This document shows, piece after piece, positions 1 to 15,900 of a stretch of 64,000 nt of DNA; position 1 is the stretch's first letter, and each line of letters starts with the position of its first letter. Origin of the DNA: Tubiluchus corallicola. Its lineage: Eukaryota; Animalia; Priapulida. The notes under the pieces were generated by a model. It did no database searches. It was not told the DNA's origin and saw only the letters and a list, made by a program, of their open reading frames with translations. The stretch is taken from positions 731,173 through 795,172 of the forward strand of contig JAQGDQ010000007.1 of NCBI GenBank assembly GCA_030141605.1. Direction: 5' to 3'. Both the position numbers and the translations under genes were made by a program.

Positions 1-436
1 AAGCAAAATCGCATTATTTACAATAATTATAATTTCGATGATGATGATATATTTCAGAGCAAAACTGACATACACACTTCATGAAATCGAGATTTATATA
101 CATGATGGCATACACAATGATAAATGGCAGTGACAATTTCATGAAGACAACATATTTAATTAGATCTTACGCAATTATAATTTATATATAACTTCATTTG
201 ATTAATAAAACTTGCTAGGCCATCTAAAACAGTAACAATATCGTGCCAAGTAACATGCCAACATTCTCACAACCATACATCACAGAATGAGTGCTATAGC
301 ACTGCTAATTCCAGTAAAGAATAAACAGCATAGAATAGAATAAAATTTGTTGCGAATTCGTAGTCTAAATTGCTAAACTTTTTTTCTAGCAACATTAAAA
401 ACTGAGATTCTTACAAAAATGTTGTGGCAAGATAAA

Positions 437-561
437 TTTATTCAATGCTAATTTATATAAAAAACTCACAGATATACACATATATTTGTCAATAAAAAAG
501 CTTAAACATTATGGCAAAAGGGGTGACTAAATAAAAAAAGGAAATGGGGAAATCCTTTATT
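437..561 (-). promoter_or_regulatory. Candidate polyadenylation signals (AATAAA at 556-561 and 437-442, minus strand)
   Basis: TTTATT on the + strand downstream of the stop codon. The background is AT-rich, so chance matches are likely. Confidence 0.3.
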
Positions 562-772
562 TGGTGGTTGACAGACTGGAATGAACAGACTTAGTTGATC
601 TGGCTCTACGACTTAAAGCAGAAACCGACATCATAAACAGTTTGGATGGCAAAAATTTACTTGATTGTGAATTTTCTGACCTTATTCGAAAATAAACTGA
701 TAACAGTACTATGAGCTCATGGCAACAGACAGGGAGGATAAAGCCTTTAACTGCTAAGTTTTACTAGAACAT

Positions 773-910
773 TTACTCTTCGTCTCCACCGTACATGTCG
801 GCAAGCTTGTGAAATCGTGGTCCCCAGTTACTTAGTCCCTCAAATTCTAAATCTTCATCATCTGTGCCGCTGGCCAGCGAACTGAGTGATCCTGCTGTGC
901 TGCCACACCC
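773..910 (-). CDS. CadN: Coding exon 37 (C-terminus and stop)
   Basis: Hand translation [15 protein letters not shown]...[17 protein letters not shown]. Confidence 0.94.
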   Translation of the reverse strand, partial: GCGSTAGSLSSLASGTDDEDLEFEGLSNWGPRFHKLADMYGGDEE

Positions 911-3900
911 CTGAAACACAACAATTCATGATCAAATAAATGTAAAATCAACTTATGTTCGCTTTAAAAATGCTCGAACTACACAATAAGAAAGAAATGA
1001 CGCTTACAACAGTTAGCCTAATGGCTAATTAAATGAAGCCTTATTTGAAAGAGATGCTGAAGAACTGTGAGTCAGCTCGCATAGGATTTGAATGTAGAAC
1101 CTGTTCTTCCACGGCACATTCTCTAGCATATGAGCTACTGACTCAACATGGCAACGCTGGTCTGAAACCTCACCTAGGAGTACACTATCAATCAGAGCCA
1201 GCCACCAATATGCTGCTAGTGACATATCACTATATATTTCACTATAGCTACTAAAATGGTGAAATTTAGCTGCTTTCAATGCAAAGATGTAATTCTCATT
1301 GTAATATAGAAGCATTAAAGAATATATTTGCTTAGTTTTTTTATCGTGAGGCAGCTTTTCAACACGGTCCATATTTCCCCTGACTCTCTTTCAGTTAGTT
1401 TTTTCTTCAAGGTTCACTTTTGCCTTGGCTTTCATGTTACTTGTAGTTAATTTTGTAACAAAATTTAAATCTTAAACGTTGAAGATAAAAGCTACTTCAA
1501 GTACAGTAGGCGCTACTTAATAGACTCACTTTGGGATAGAAGTATTTTGACCCAATAAACTGACTGATTTAATTAGCCGACGGTTTTAGTATATTACTAC
1601 TATACAAGTATGAGTCATCACTCGTCACCTTAGTATGCATTGAAAAGGCTCTAAGTGAATTTTAGAAACGAATTAATGTCAAAATTCCTATGTGCAATTA
1701 TTTAAGACTAATTTCTATAAGTGAAGTAATAATAAAAGAAAATAAAAAATCGCACAAATCTGATTATTACCACTAAAAATTACAAAAATTCATGCAATTT
1801 TGGTTGCTTTTTTTACGAAGAATTTGGTTTATGAAATTCTCATAATGATAAAGACACTGAAAATCTGTTGCTGTATGATGCACATGTTCAGACAAACACA
1901 TAGTCACCTAGTGCCTGAGCTGCAGTTGGTGATTACCATTGGGCAAGTGATTAAATGTTTAGCTTCGAAAAACAATGAGGTTAATGGCAGCGGATAAGCG
2001 GGTGACAGATTCAAAGCAAAACCGCTACGCTAACATATTAGCACATAAGATAAATGTACTGCACCTGCTTAAAACAAAGCTTACTTAACAGCACTGTTTC
2101 TACGTATATTAGTGCACAAATTCAAAGTAAAAGCAATAAAAGTTCTTTTTTGTTACACGAAAGTATCTTATTTTAAGCGCGTGAAGGAAAAATGTCGAGT
2201 CAATTATGCGGTGTTATTTGAGTCAATTACCGACAGTTTTCATATACACTTAAATAGGAGCAGCCTATACCAGCTGTTTTTGAGTCAATAAAGCGACTGA
2301 TTCTATTAACCACGAGTGTTTACCTCATACGCATAGTTGCGGACATCATCCCTAGGCGGTGCTCCAGGGTCATCATCAGCTTCATCTTTACGGTTTTTTA
2401 TGAAATCTTCAATGTCTGGATGCTCTCCTGGTGCTACAAAACAGAAATCTAGTTAACAGAGCTCACCACAGCACTGCTGCTAACCGAACTCATGCTGTTC
2501 TCACTACTGTGTCTAAATTTTGCTTTGAACTAAGATTTAGTTTAGTTACAACTTGTATTTTTTTCTCACGTGTCAAGCTTACTCATTGCATGTTGTATAC
2601 AAGTAGCTTAAAATTTTTTTGACCTCATGTGTGCTTAACATTTGTACAAACATTCAATTTTTATTCATGTTATTCGTGTAATTCTTTTGACTATTAATCT
2701 AATTAAATATAATAAACTTTACATGTGTATTTATAATATACATTTGTGAATGCACCTTTACAATATATAATTTTTTCTTCAAAGAACATTTTTACACAAA
2801 AAATAATGGGAGTTTTAAGATTACAGACTTTCCATGTAGATTTTACTTCTGTCAATTTACAAAAAACTTACGATAATTCTGCGGTGGTGCTCGCTGTACT
2901 GGACGATCTTTCCGCTGTGCTACAGGTGGAGGGGGTGGCCGTTTGGCTGTAGAATTCTGACTATGCATGTCTGGATCAACAGGTTTGCGTAATCGGCTTA
3001 TGTCATAAGCGTCTTGATCATCTTCACCACCGCCTTCATCCTGTTAAGCAGCAATAGGAATCAAAGTAATTAACTGAGATACTAAGCAAGAGCTGTTGTT
3101 TTGACCAGAACTATAGTAGAATAAAATAGGGCCACTAGTAATAAGTTTCATATTAATAATTTTTTTGACAACCAAACAAAAATTTTGCTTATGTTTATTT
3201 TTCACTGCCATGCTTCACCAAAAAGCCAAGAGAAGCATCTAATTTAGTTTTAATTACATTTGCTTTACATTCACTGAAAACTCACCTGATAATTAATGAT
3301 ATTTTCTCGAATGTCGTCATCGGGATCGATGTCATATGGATATTTCTCCTTCGTACGTCTTCGATTGTATAGTATAAAAACGAGCACCAATACTGAAACA
3401 ATAGTGGGAGGTCAGAAAAGACATGAAACTACCAAGTTCACTGAAGTCTTAGTATTGTATAGCAACAGCAGAAAATGAATGACTGATTTGTAAATTTTAC
3501 AGCCACATCATTCAAACAAGCCAACTGATTATATTAACTAAAGTTAGTCAATTTCTTAATTATTTAATAAAAACAGTTGCTTAAGCTAGAATGGCACTCA
3601 GTAGGAGACAAATCTCCGACCACTCCTACAGACAATGGAGTGTGATTTATTAAACTATACAGTCTTTAACGTTATTACATCATCAGACAAGATTTATGAC
3701 TTGTACCACTACTTTTTGCAATAAAAATAGAATTTCTACCGCAATTGTTAATTAATCATTTTCAAAATTGATAATGTTCTTCCTGGCTCCACACCCCATT
3801 TTTCCAGAAGGTTTTGTGGAGGCTGGTGAAGTAGACGTAATCTTCTTAACTAATTAACTAAAAAATCAATGGTAAAAAACATAACCTTCTCGGTGGAGGT

Positions 3901-6900
3901 AATAAAATGACAACAACAAAAAACTTACTGAGTAAAAGGAGAAGACAGACTAAAATGGCTGCCAGCGCCCCGGTGCTGAGGTTAAGCAGCACTTCTTCAC
4001 GTTTAATGCCACACGTTTTACCCTCCCAGCCACCGATACAATCACAGGTGAAGTCGCCAAGGAGGTTTCTGCAGACTCCACCATTGAGGCAAGGGTTACT
4101 GATGCTGGTCAAACACTCATCAACATCATGGCAGTTAGAATGCTCATCTTGTGAGAATCCCGATGGACACCTGTCGGGTAGAAATTTAGAACTGATGTTA
4201 ATCTACTAGTCTGGAAAGCAAAGCATTGTGTTACCCGCTTAGTTAGTTATTTAACAGCCCTTTACAATGATAAGCAAAACCTAGGAAGTTTTGATCTCTT
4301 TGATGTTTACATTGCCGCTAGCTACATTCGCAGGCTGATGTCAGTCAAGATGCAACTTTTCCCTACTCCTTTCCCACTCTCTCCATTCCTCCATCTTTCC
4401 CCTTCTCTATTTCTCTCCTCCCTCCTTTCTGCTTTGCCTCTCTCCGTCTCTGCCCTTCCAGTCAAATGACTGGAAAGCTATTCAGTAAACATGAATGAAA
4501 ATGAGAATTTTGATGTTAAATTTAGTGATGAAAGACTTCATTTAAGAATCACATACTGCACTGAAGTTACAAACTAATATTGTATACCTGCATTCAGCAA
4601 GATTCCACAAATCCACACACACATGCATTGGCATGGTGCATGCTGGAAAAGCAAGACAGTCATTGCCGTCATGGCAACCATCTACAATGTTCTCTTCATG
4701 AGTAATTTTAGAATACTGTGAGTTGGCTTCACTGATGGACAGATGAAAGTCATCGTATCTCACGTCCTTTATACAACCTGCATGAAAAAACATTGATATA
4801 TACAGCCAAACCTCATTATAACACCCACTCCTCTTATGCCAACCTCGCTTAATGGTTAGTGAATTAAAATATCTATATATGCATAGATATATATGAACAC
4901 ACCTCATTATAACGCCAAAGTCTATATAATACCAAATTTTTGCAGTCCCAAAGTAGGCAGTATAAAGAGGTTTGATTGTACGAGAAAGGGACATTATAAA
5001 AGTGATATCACAGAAGAAAAAACATGATACTTTGGTTCAGCACTATGGATGAAATTCAGACCTAAAGATAGTGAACTGCAACTCATGCTTTTTCTTTGTG
5101 ATGTAATTTTTTTATTAATTAGCTTACCATTAAAATCTTTCTTAGCAGATGCAATCTGATAAATTCCTGTACTCTCAAATGTAATGGCAGTGATAGATGC
5201 TTCAGCACCAATGTACACCTCTTGCTGGTCTATTTCAATCAACCGATGATGCTCTAAATTAAAGTAAAAGCAAACACTAATGATGTCAAATTAAAAATGC
5301 ACTTGCTTCACTTTCATCAGGCAATGACAAATGATCAATAACACTACTGCATTGTTTGGCAAGACGATGAAGTGACAAATTATCAATAACACTAACGCAA
5401 TGTTTGGCAAGATGATGCAGTGGCAAATTATCAATAACACTAATGCTATGTTTGGCAAGGTGATACAATGACAAATAATCAATAACACTAATACATTGTT
5501 TGGAAAGATGATGCAGTGACAAATGATCTATAACACTAATGCGATATTTGGCAAGAAGATGCAAAGACAAATGATCAATAACACTAACAAATTTAACTGA
5601 ACTCTAAAATAAAAGATGGTAATATCATTGGATACAGAGATTTGCTCGTGCCATTCATATAATAAACATACCTAGCAATCCTAGTGTCTCGTTCTGTCTT
5701 CTACCACCACCGCCATCTAGTGACATGAAAACATCAGAACCAAAACGCTCTACCAGAATTGTGTGCCATTCTCCGTCTGATATGGTGACATTATTCAGAC
5801 TCAAAACTCGATTCTGGCTGCCAAGGTTGTATCGAAAATGCACACGGCTATCCTCTAGCTGTGCAAAGAGTTAAAGTAAATGTTCAATTGACCGAAGTTC
5901 AGTAATGGACGTTTTTAGTTTTAAAGGGAAGGCCAAGCCCGCTGGAAAGTTAGGCTTATTGCAACGTTTGTGAAAAATGTTAGAAGGATTTACTAATAAA
6001 AGTGTGATAAGCACCTCGAGTAATTACTAATAACACTTTAAAATTGTGATCATTTCATGTGTGGATGCTCCCTTTTGAATGCCCATTTTTTTTCATCGGC
6101 TGAAGAAAAGCAGCTTAATTTTCAAGTTAATGGTGGCTGTCACTGAGTCTAAAAATTTCTGTATGGTGGTAGCATAAATTAACTTTTTGCTTTATGGACA
6201 GCTTTTTACAAACTTCTTTGTTTTATTTGTCTATATTTAAGTGATAACAGTGAGATAAACCCAACACGCTAAGTGATTTGTCCTTTCCTTTAACATTAAA
6301 CTGACGGTTTCCCACTATACTTGCAGTAAACATGTTTTTGCATTACCAAATTATTCATTCTTCATGTAAATAATGCAAGAGAACACATCCATCCCACATT
6401 TATATTTTATATCTGACCATATTTGCTTAGCTACATGTTAAAGAATTTGAAATTTAACCGAAAAATAATCAAAATGTTCACATGAAATAAGACTGGCAAT
6501 AAGACTAGGTAAACTGGTTGTAAGTTTGCAAAACGTCAAAGGTATTTAGTATGATGTTGGGCATGGAGCAGAATTTTGCTTTGCTAATTGACAGATAAAA
6601 TACATCTTGCAATATGCCATGCCTAAAGCTCTTAACAAGTGAAGTTGTCACTACAAAGCTACTTTGACATTTTTAGTGTGGGGATAGATTTAGGTGAGGT
6701 TTTATGGGTGGAGGTGGGAATGGGTATAAATAAGACTCACACATCTTGAGGAGCATCTTAACCACTGTCAGTTTTCTGGCCACCTCCACCATAGAAATTT
6801 CATTTCAATAATAGCTGTAGATACAGACCAAGGGTACCCATTTTGGCCCTGAAGATCTTATCTTGTGAACAGTTCTCTTTACATATAACAGACATGCACA

Positions 6901-9900
6901 CCAATTGAACCTACGATACAACTGTCACCAAAGGTGATTTTTCACTTCCTCCTTTAAATCGCGCATCAATTTCAGATGACTCTGAAGATCAGGAAAACAA
7001 ACAAGGAAATTTACACTGCGTGCAAGGTAAACCATACCTCTACAGCCATATAGTCAAATCGGGCACCGGCAACCCGGAAGAGCACTCCATCTGGTTTCTT
7101 TGTTCTAAACATGAGATGAATTGTGGATTTGCGCTTCTTTAAAGGTAGTTTCTTCATTTGTAAGTGAATAAAGCTGTCTTTCTCAAAAAGTCTAGCTTCA
7201 GCTTCTAAATTAACAAATATAAAAAATTACATACCTTGGCTAAAGCATATTTTAAACCACAACAGTAACATCGTCATCATTATTAACATCATCACCATTA
7301 TCTTTCTGGATTCATTTTCATAATTATATTATCAGCATAAAATCTGACTAAAATTGAGACTCATTCAATTTTAATCTGATTTTAGGTCGATGATACAGAA
7401 AAAACTTTGTAAAATGTTCTGGGATTATAAAAAATGATTATAGGCTAATCACAAATCTTATCCAGTTTTTATTTAGCATTTCCAGAATTGAACACAAAAG
7501 AATATAGACTAAGTTATCAACTTATACGGGTTATGCATCAGCCTAAGAGCAGTATCCAAACCACAAGATATAAGAAAACTTTTTGTTAAACTTTCAAGGA
7601 AAATACAAAATTTAGCTCAATCATATTTATTACAAGTGCAGCATATTACCAAATTCACAGCTATGGCCATAGTATCCCGGATAGCACAGACAGTATGCGT
7701 CACGAAATGATCCGACACAAGTTCCATGTTCACACCGCAAACTGCGCGCCATGCACGTCTCATCCGTTCGCGAGCATCCGGGGGAACTGTCCTGTGCACT
7801 GCCTGGATTACCCAGATCATACATCTAAAATACATTTCACTGAGTAAATAATTAGAGAAGTTACATTCCCAGTATCTTGATTTCCTTCATTTTATAATAT
7901 ACTATTAAAGCAAAAGTACATTAATTTTATAGACAAATCAAAACTGCAGAGTCAAACAGACATGTAAACAAGCTTACCCTTCCATCTTGCACCACGTTTT
8001 TGATGCACCCTGAAAAACCGCGCCGCGTTTTGATCCTGGGGTAGCGTACTTCAGGATTAGACATCCCTCCAAGTTGCAGTGGCGTGTTCACATTAAGGAA
8101 TTTGTTACGTCCTGGTGTCTTGCCGGTTGCCTCGCAAATGGATTTGTCATAGTCTCCTCGTTCTGACATGCTCACCTTGCTGCATCGGTCCACCACAAGC
8201 ATCACTCGCTGAAATTAATTTTCTAACTTACTTGCTCTTGTTTAGTAATAACTAATAACTTGTATTTAAACTAATTTATCTAATTACGTATAACTAATTA
8301 TTATGTAAACAGTGTTGTTTTCATTAAGGTTTGCAAAAAATCAATAACTGTTTAGATTGTAAGGGACTTTATTAAACATTTAAAATGCATTGCTACTGCA
8401 AACGATCATTCCACATGACAAAAAAGTACTTTTTGGAATCATTTATCTTTTCCATACGCTCTTACAGCTTATAGAATTTGATAAGATAATTTAAACTTGT
8501 AAACACAATTAATAACAAGGTCAGGTTATATTCAATCTTTTAGTGAGAGTTGGCAGTCAAAAAACACAAATTGTTTGCAACTTATGATTACAACAAGTTT
8601 TCTATACTTTTAAAAGGTCATATTACAATTTACATACAAATTAAATCACTAAACAACAAAGTCTTTACTCACCTTATTTTTAATAATGATATCAAGTCTG
8701 TGCCATTCTCCATTGTTAAGTGTCTCTGACTTTTTCACGGAAACAGTAATAGCACCAGTGCCATGATCTAATGTGACCCTGGGCCGTCCGTTTATTAGCT
8801 CTACAGCTATGTAATCATTCTCGACATATTCTACACCATCGGAGTCGCGTAGCGGTCCATTGTACAACAACAGAGCCTCTGGCTGTTCAGTGACAAATTC
8901 GAAACTTAGACGGGTGCTATTGCACTGTTGTAGAGGTTCAAACCATGCCCAACCACCACCGTGGAAACTGCGTGTTGTCTGCTGACACTGAGGACCATCA
9001 AAACCTCTGGGACAGTCGCAACTAAAAAATAAACAGAAAGATAAAATCAAACAACAAGAAACGATAATAAAAAATTATAGATAAAAAAGTTTTCTTCCTG
9101 ATATCACTACTTTTGTTTTTTTATTTACACTGTTAGTCATTTTAGTCATATTAGTCAGTTATTAATCAGTTGTACATAAACTAATTGGGATACACAAGTG
9201 CCAAAATTATTTTTGTTAAAGTGAACTGTCCTGATGTTGACATACATGGTGACATAAAATATAATTTGTTTTGAAAATTATACAAAATCTTTAAAAACAA
9301 CAAGTTAAAAACACCATCTAAACTGCCTTTCCATAATTTCTAACAAGTTCATCAATTTCGTTTAATTTTTTTGGCTTATGGAGCTGATTTGACACACATT
9401 ATGATCTCACACAAAAATATGAGTTGGCAAAATGTACCTCTAAAATGAGAAACATTGAATCTAGCCTTACCGAATTCCATTAGGAGAGTCAGTACATGTT
9501 CCTCCATTCCCACACAGTACAGCATCTGGTGTGTTACACGTATCAACACGGCTGAAATCTTTTGCGGCACAAATGCACTCAGCCTCCACCTTGGTGGTCA
9601 CTACGACGATGGATGTCTTGTTGCTATTGACGATGGTGGGTTCCATGAAAGCACGTAGTCGATTGGCACACCCTCCTGTTTCGCAAGTCTCTTTGATGCA
9701 TTCGTCAATGTGTACCATTGTTATGTTAATACCAACATTCCTCTCAATCTAAATCAATAGGAACCAGTATGTCTTAATGCAACATGTTATGAATTATCTG
9801 CACAGTAAATATAAAAACAGACTACACGACTTTAATGTTCGAGAACAGCATAAATGTAGGCTACCCGAACTCTAATTTTGAGAACGGTTACATGTAGTTT

Positions 9901-12900
9901 CACACACATATCTAGCGGGCAATCAGTGCAAGAGCTGTCACACACAAAAAACAAAGCAGTAGCAAATAAAACAGTTGTTCCATTAATTTACATTTTGAAA
10001 ATGGGCAACTGGTTCTTTCAAAGACAGTTGACACAGATGTTCCAAGGTTTTATATGCACACCACTATACAAATATGGTATAATTGTTTCATGTGAAATGT
10101 CCAGAGTCATTTTAGTGAAACTGGCTGTAAATGCCGAATTTTTGGCATTCAGTATTTCACTGCGACTGTGGTTCCAAAAATTTCCATTAGTATAAAATTC
10201 TTACTGAACTGCAAGTGCTGTACAACATTTAAAATTATATATAGAATCATGCAAAATACTCAGTTTATATGTGCTATATAAAATATTAAATTGCTTAGCT
10301 AAGATGTGGCTAAAAATCACTAAATAGTGCTGCTTACCTCAACTAAATTAGCCTCCACTGCACCATCTAATTTGACAGCTTTATAGTAAGGCGACCCGCT
10401 AGCGGCAAATCTAACATCGATTTCCGGCGGCTCTTTTTTATCGACCGGTTTATCCATAATACTAAACACCTCCACTTTGTCCACCCGAGCTCCAGTTACT
10501 TTAGCTACCTCCTCCCGAAACAGCTCATATTTACTGACTCCGCCCGGACCTGGCGATACAAACTCCTCTGCCGTAATTCCGGATATCCGCACAGAGCCGG
10601 AGTTGAACACTGCATCGTCCCAGATGGCATGCACCTCCACGTTAACAGTAGAGACAACGCGATGATCGTGGTAAGTGTCATAAACTTCCACTTGAAAGCT
10701 GTACTTTCCTTCAGGTGTGTTTTCTTGGATGATGATTTGACCACTGTCTTCGTCAACTGCAAAGCGAGTAGGCTCCTCGCCAACAATGGTAAACTGCTTG
10801 TCCTTAAAATCCCAGTCATCTGCATCTTCAGCATAAACGGTACCAATGGGAGTCTGTGGAATGTTATCTGAAGAGACAATGGTCACTGGTGAAAAGATGT
10901 TCAACAAGTGATGCAACATGATGAAAATGTATTAAAGGTGTTGGACTTTCATAACCCAGATGGGAAAAAACGACAAAATAAACAACAATACCACACAACA
11001 GTTGAACAGACAAGTGAAAGTAACGTGACAATTATTAATTTAATAATATATTTAAATATTATTACAGTCATACCTCCGTTTTCGAACGCCTCCGTACTCG
11101 TACAAATCGGCTTTCGACCAGAAAATTCGAGCTGAAATTGTCTCCGCTTTCGACCAGAATTTCGGTACTCGACCAACCGCCAAACACGTGATGAACAAAT
11201 GCGCGGTGAGCCGAAGAGAGTCAGGCACAACTGACCGCGCCCGAGAGTGGTCACGCACAAGATTTAAATCGCCTAACATTGCTAAGTGCTTTCTACTCTT
11301 ATTTTTCTCTGCTTCTTCAAGCAGGAACAATTATGTTTTTCTTTCAAAGTAATTCTATTGTGTTTTTCTTATCAATTGTACCATATCTACAGTTTGAATA
11401 AACATTTTTGCATTATTATATTTCGTTTTAGTAATACTTTACAGTTGATTTGATGCTTGAGAACGGATTATTTGCTTTTACATTATTTCTTACGGGAATA
11501 AATGATTCGGTACTCAACCAAATCGGTTTTCAAACACTTTTCAGGAACGAATTATGGTCGAAAACAGAGGTATGACTATATATAAATACATATTAAGTAT
11601 ATAACTATACATAATACCTTTTACATTAAAGAAAGGCAAAATCATTGTATATTTGTCCATTGCAAAATTGGTCGAGTTAATGTACCAAATTTAGTGAATT
11701 CACTAAATGATGTCAACAGTTCTAAAAACTTGCTGTTTTCTGTCAAACAATGCTGTTCTGGCCAGAAAATGAAAAAAAAAACACTAAAATTTATCACAGA
11801 AATACAACTCCATGCATTATTTAAATCTTTCAACTCACTTTTGTAATTGTAGACAAAAATGTCTTTCGTTCCCGGATAATGAAGATTGTCGTTTTTGTCT
11901 CCGATCGTGATCGTGAGAATGTTTGTACCAGTCTGCGGTGGCTTCCCAGTGTCAGCCATTACGATGGGAACAAAATACTGCTTTTGTTTTTCACGATCAA
12001 ACTTTTGAAGAGGCGTGATTCGCACAGCACCGGTCAAATCTTTACCACCCCCTAAAATAAACACCACAGAAACGAAAACATAACAAACATTTTAAAAGAA
12101 TTCTACTGCTATTAGAAGTAACATATCACAGTATGTAAACAATCTTACATTTAAAAATGATAAAATTTTAGACAAGAATGAAGATGATGCTACTGATGAT
12201 GATGATGATAATGGCAACAGTGGTGATGATGATGACAATAACAGTAATACCAAGGATAATGATGACATTGAAAGCGTGTGAAGGAAACTTCAAAATATAA
12301 GGGACAACTTACTTTGAAGAAAATCGACTTTAAAAAACTCCCTAGTTGGATTGTTTTTCTTTGGAGACCACATCTTGAATGGAGCACCTCCAATGTCAGG
12401 ATCAGTAGCACTCACAAGTGGGGACAGAGCTTGAAATGGCGGCTTTTCATTCTCGTAAACAATGAAGTTGTAATCTTCGGCAAACTGTGGAAAATTGTCA
12501 TTGATGTCCTCAACGGTAACGGTGAGCTGAGCTGTACCCGTGTTGTATGGATATGCTAGAAGAGAGAAAACATAGAAATTAGAAGTAAAGTAAGTTTATT
12601 TAAATATTCACATTTTGAAGGAAACTGCAACCAGGTAACAAACTACTTAGCCATGCAGTATTGTTCAACTATATGAAAAAGCCGGTGCTTGTTTCACATA
12701 ACTTTAATGGATGGAACTAGCCTATTATAAAATATCACAAAGTAGTTTTACCAACAACTTCTATCAGACAAATTGCTTCTGAACAATTTTTCCCTTATTA
12801 CGACATAAACCCTGAGGCAGAGAAACTAATGAAAAGTATACAGCTAGATAAATTTAATATTGTAAGCAAAATTAAATGGTTTACTGGACATCTCACCTCC

Positions 12901-15900
12901 ATACATGTTCATAATAATAGCATAAAGAAAACTAGCTAGCAGCATGAACAAAATCAATAATTCAACTTCATTTGCTTTTGTTCACACACTAAGTGCTTCC
13001 CTTTGTTGCTTTATTGTAAAATTTTAGCTACATCATACCTTCATCGATAGCTAATATTCTAACCAGGTGAGTCTGAACCTTCTCTCTATCCAGTGATTTG
13101 TTGACATATACTACGCCCTCTGGATCAATGTGGAACAATTCGTCTGGGTCGGAATCAGAAGCATGATCAATTTCATATCTGCAAGAATTCTATTTACTGA
13201 CTGATTGTTTGACTATGCCTGACATTTATACACGAATCACTTGTACAGAGTAATCATACACAAGAAACAGGTAATATTGCATCACAACAAAATAAAATTC
13301 TGCAATTAGTAAATGCATTTTATATAACCATTTATTTATTTATAGCGGTGATATAAGTTGAAATTCTGATCATTTAAAAAAGCAGCCATAGCCAGGTGCT
13401 TACAAACACATATCAACTATGTCAAATAATCATGGGATAGATTCAAAACTTTGATTTTATGGAAAAAAACCACAATTGTAACTGCTCTGCATTGTAGTAA
13501 TGCTCAAAATTAAAAATTAACCAACGTTTCAATTAAATTTTGAAAACATATACATAGCCAGATTTCAGGCATAAGTACATATAACTAACATCCCTGCAGC
13601 TTAAAATCTCCACACTCACTGAAAACCTTAATTAGATCTCTCGAGATGGATGCTTCAAGAACTATAACAAATGGATTGGAAAATTGCAAAAAACCATCAA
13701 CATTATAATAAAATAATGCAAAGACACTAAATTGTAATTTTCAACCGTCCTGTTTTAATGAACGTTAATCACACTAAATCATCACCTACACCGATATCAC
13801 ATTATTAACAACAACTCACACTAGAGTAAGACAGCCTGTTTAAAATTTCCTCTTTATCATCTCACTAATGGATGCAGTGAACGATAATGGAGGATCTAGT
13901 AAATGAAATGATTGAAAATTTTCCATTATTCAGTACACAAGCATTATTGTAGGATAGGCACACAGAGCTTGCTACACAATGCCTGAAATGTTCTCTACTC
14001 TACAGCATTTTGATGTATACATTCATCTAGATAAGTGCTAGAGAGTAGCTATTTTAGGATAAGGGCCAAAAACCAGTTAAAAAAGCTGCAACATAAAACT
14101 ATCAGTTTTATTAGCCAAATAACTTTTTGGAGACAGTGTATTTAGTTTAACAGAAGCATTAATTGCTCAACTCAGCAAAGAGAACCTATCTACCAAACAT
14201 AAAATGAACCTGCTCCTTACCTGAATTTACCATTGATGCCGGAGTCTTTATCTTGTGCCCGGAACTGCACCAGCTGGGTTCCCGGAGACACGTCCTCCTT
14301 CACATTCTTTTCTTGATGTTTAATGAGAAAATCGGGAGGGTTGTCATTGTAGTCAGTGAGTGTGATCATGACCAAAGCAAAGTCGCTATGAGACGGCATG
14401 TCGTCTGTTACCTTAATCGTCAGATTCAAGTGCCGTTGCGACTCGTCTTCATAATCAAGGCCCTGAACCAAATATTTGATTAGTGATGGCTAGTGATAAA
14501 ATACGGAAGAAGAAAATACAAAATTCATAAACCAACGAGCAAAAAATGTTGGCACATTTTTCCTTAGCAAAATGACAATTAATTCAATCAGTTAAATCAA
14601 TAAGTGTAAATAAATTTCACTATATAGCAGAAATGGAGCTGATATCATTTAAAAATCAATATCTAAGTGCAAATAAATTCGATTGTAATAATATATGTAG
14701 CAGAAATAAGCTGCTAAAATTTAAAAATCAATAACCAAATCAATAAAATCAATAAAAATCAATCATTAATCGTTAAAATAAATTCCATTTTAATGACATA
14801 CATTGTGGCAAAAATAAGTCATGTTATCATTTTATAAATCATGCAGTTTCACTTTTTTATTCAAATTACTCACAGTTCCGGTTTGTCCGGGTTTTGGAGG
14901 ATCATTTGCTATTCGCAACACTGCACTGTTCGTCTCTGGATCATCAGTCAAGCTAAAGAACCTCTTTCCCTGCTCATCATTCAAGAAGTACCTCAACTTG
15001 GAATCCTGGTCCTTGTCTGTGGCAGAAACTGAAAGGACACTGGTATCCTTTGGCAAGTTTTCCGCTATCGTAGCCGTGTAGATTTTCTTCACAAACTCTG
15101 GCTTTTCGTCGTTTTTGTCCCCCACATGAATAATTGCTGTGCCAGTACCTTTACAAAAAATAAAAAAATCCGAATGATGGCTGTGCCAGCAAAAGCGGCA
15201 AAATTAAAAAATTAGTTAAAATTAGTTAGAACAGGCAGAGGGCAGGCAATACAATGTTTGCAGACTGTTGTCAGAATATTATCTCGGAAAATCCAATGAT
15301 ACTCCCAACATTAGCAAAATACATGTAAAATCTAACCGAAGGCTCTGATTGGAAATAGCTGCTATGTTTCCCAAGTAATTATATGCATGGCATATTCATG
15401 TTATTCATGCGATCTCAGATTTGAGAGTAGAAAAAGCGACCGAAACGTAAACCCTGGCTTACTCAATCAAAATAGTTTAAATTAATTATTACTGTGTTCC
15501 TCCCAATGACTCCAAGTGAGGTTGTGTTATGTATTGTACAAACCATACGAAGTGTTGTCTTGACAAGTTTGTATTTCTTTTGATAAGAAGTACAACAGAA
15601 AAGGCACAACATGTTTTCAGCACAAAACAACAATACCATACACATTACCTATAGAGTTTCATGTCCCATTCTACAAGCATGCGCACAGAAATAACGTCAC
15701 TTACCTGTCCTACCACCAGCGTCTTTGGCTTCCACGACAATTTTGTACTGATCGATACGTTCCCGGTCCAGATAGCCAACCCGTGTAGTAATGCGACCAG
15801 ACTTCGAGTTGATGTCAAAGATGTTAAGACCAGTGGCATCGTCGATCACATTCTCTGTGATTCTATACGACAACAGAGCATTGTCTCCGGCATCGTAGTC

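Noticed and set aside
2300-2323. Exon-36 donor (gtaaac) supplied by a MITE terminus
   Set aside because: The right TIR of the 1503-2312 element is too decayed to match the left end, so the similarity may be chance.
3393-4587. Duplicated EGF-TM exon like insect CadN 18a/18b
   Set aside because: The flanking introns are short and contain no second Cys-rich or hydrophobic exon.
5286-5570. His/Leu-rich repetitive ORFs and a CRISPR-like periodicity
   Set aside because: These arise from a 48-bp tandem minisatellite with no unique spacers, in a eukaryotic intron with no cas genes.
6741-6764. 24-nt microexon in intron 29
   Set aside because: Good GTGAGT donor, but the acceptor has no pyrimidine tract (aaaactgacag).
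10949-11330. ORFs in the intron-23 MITE as a transposase
   Set aside because: They are short and lack DDE or HTH motifs; the element is non-autonomous.
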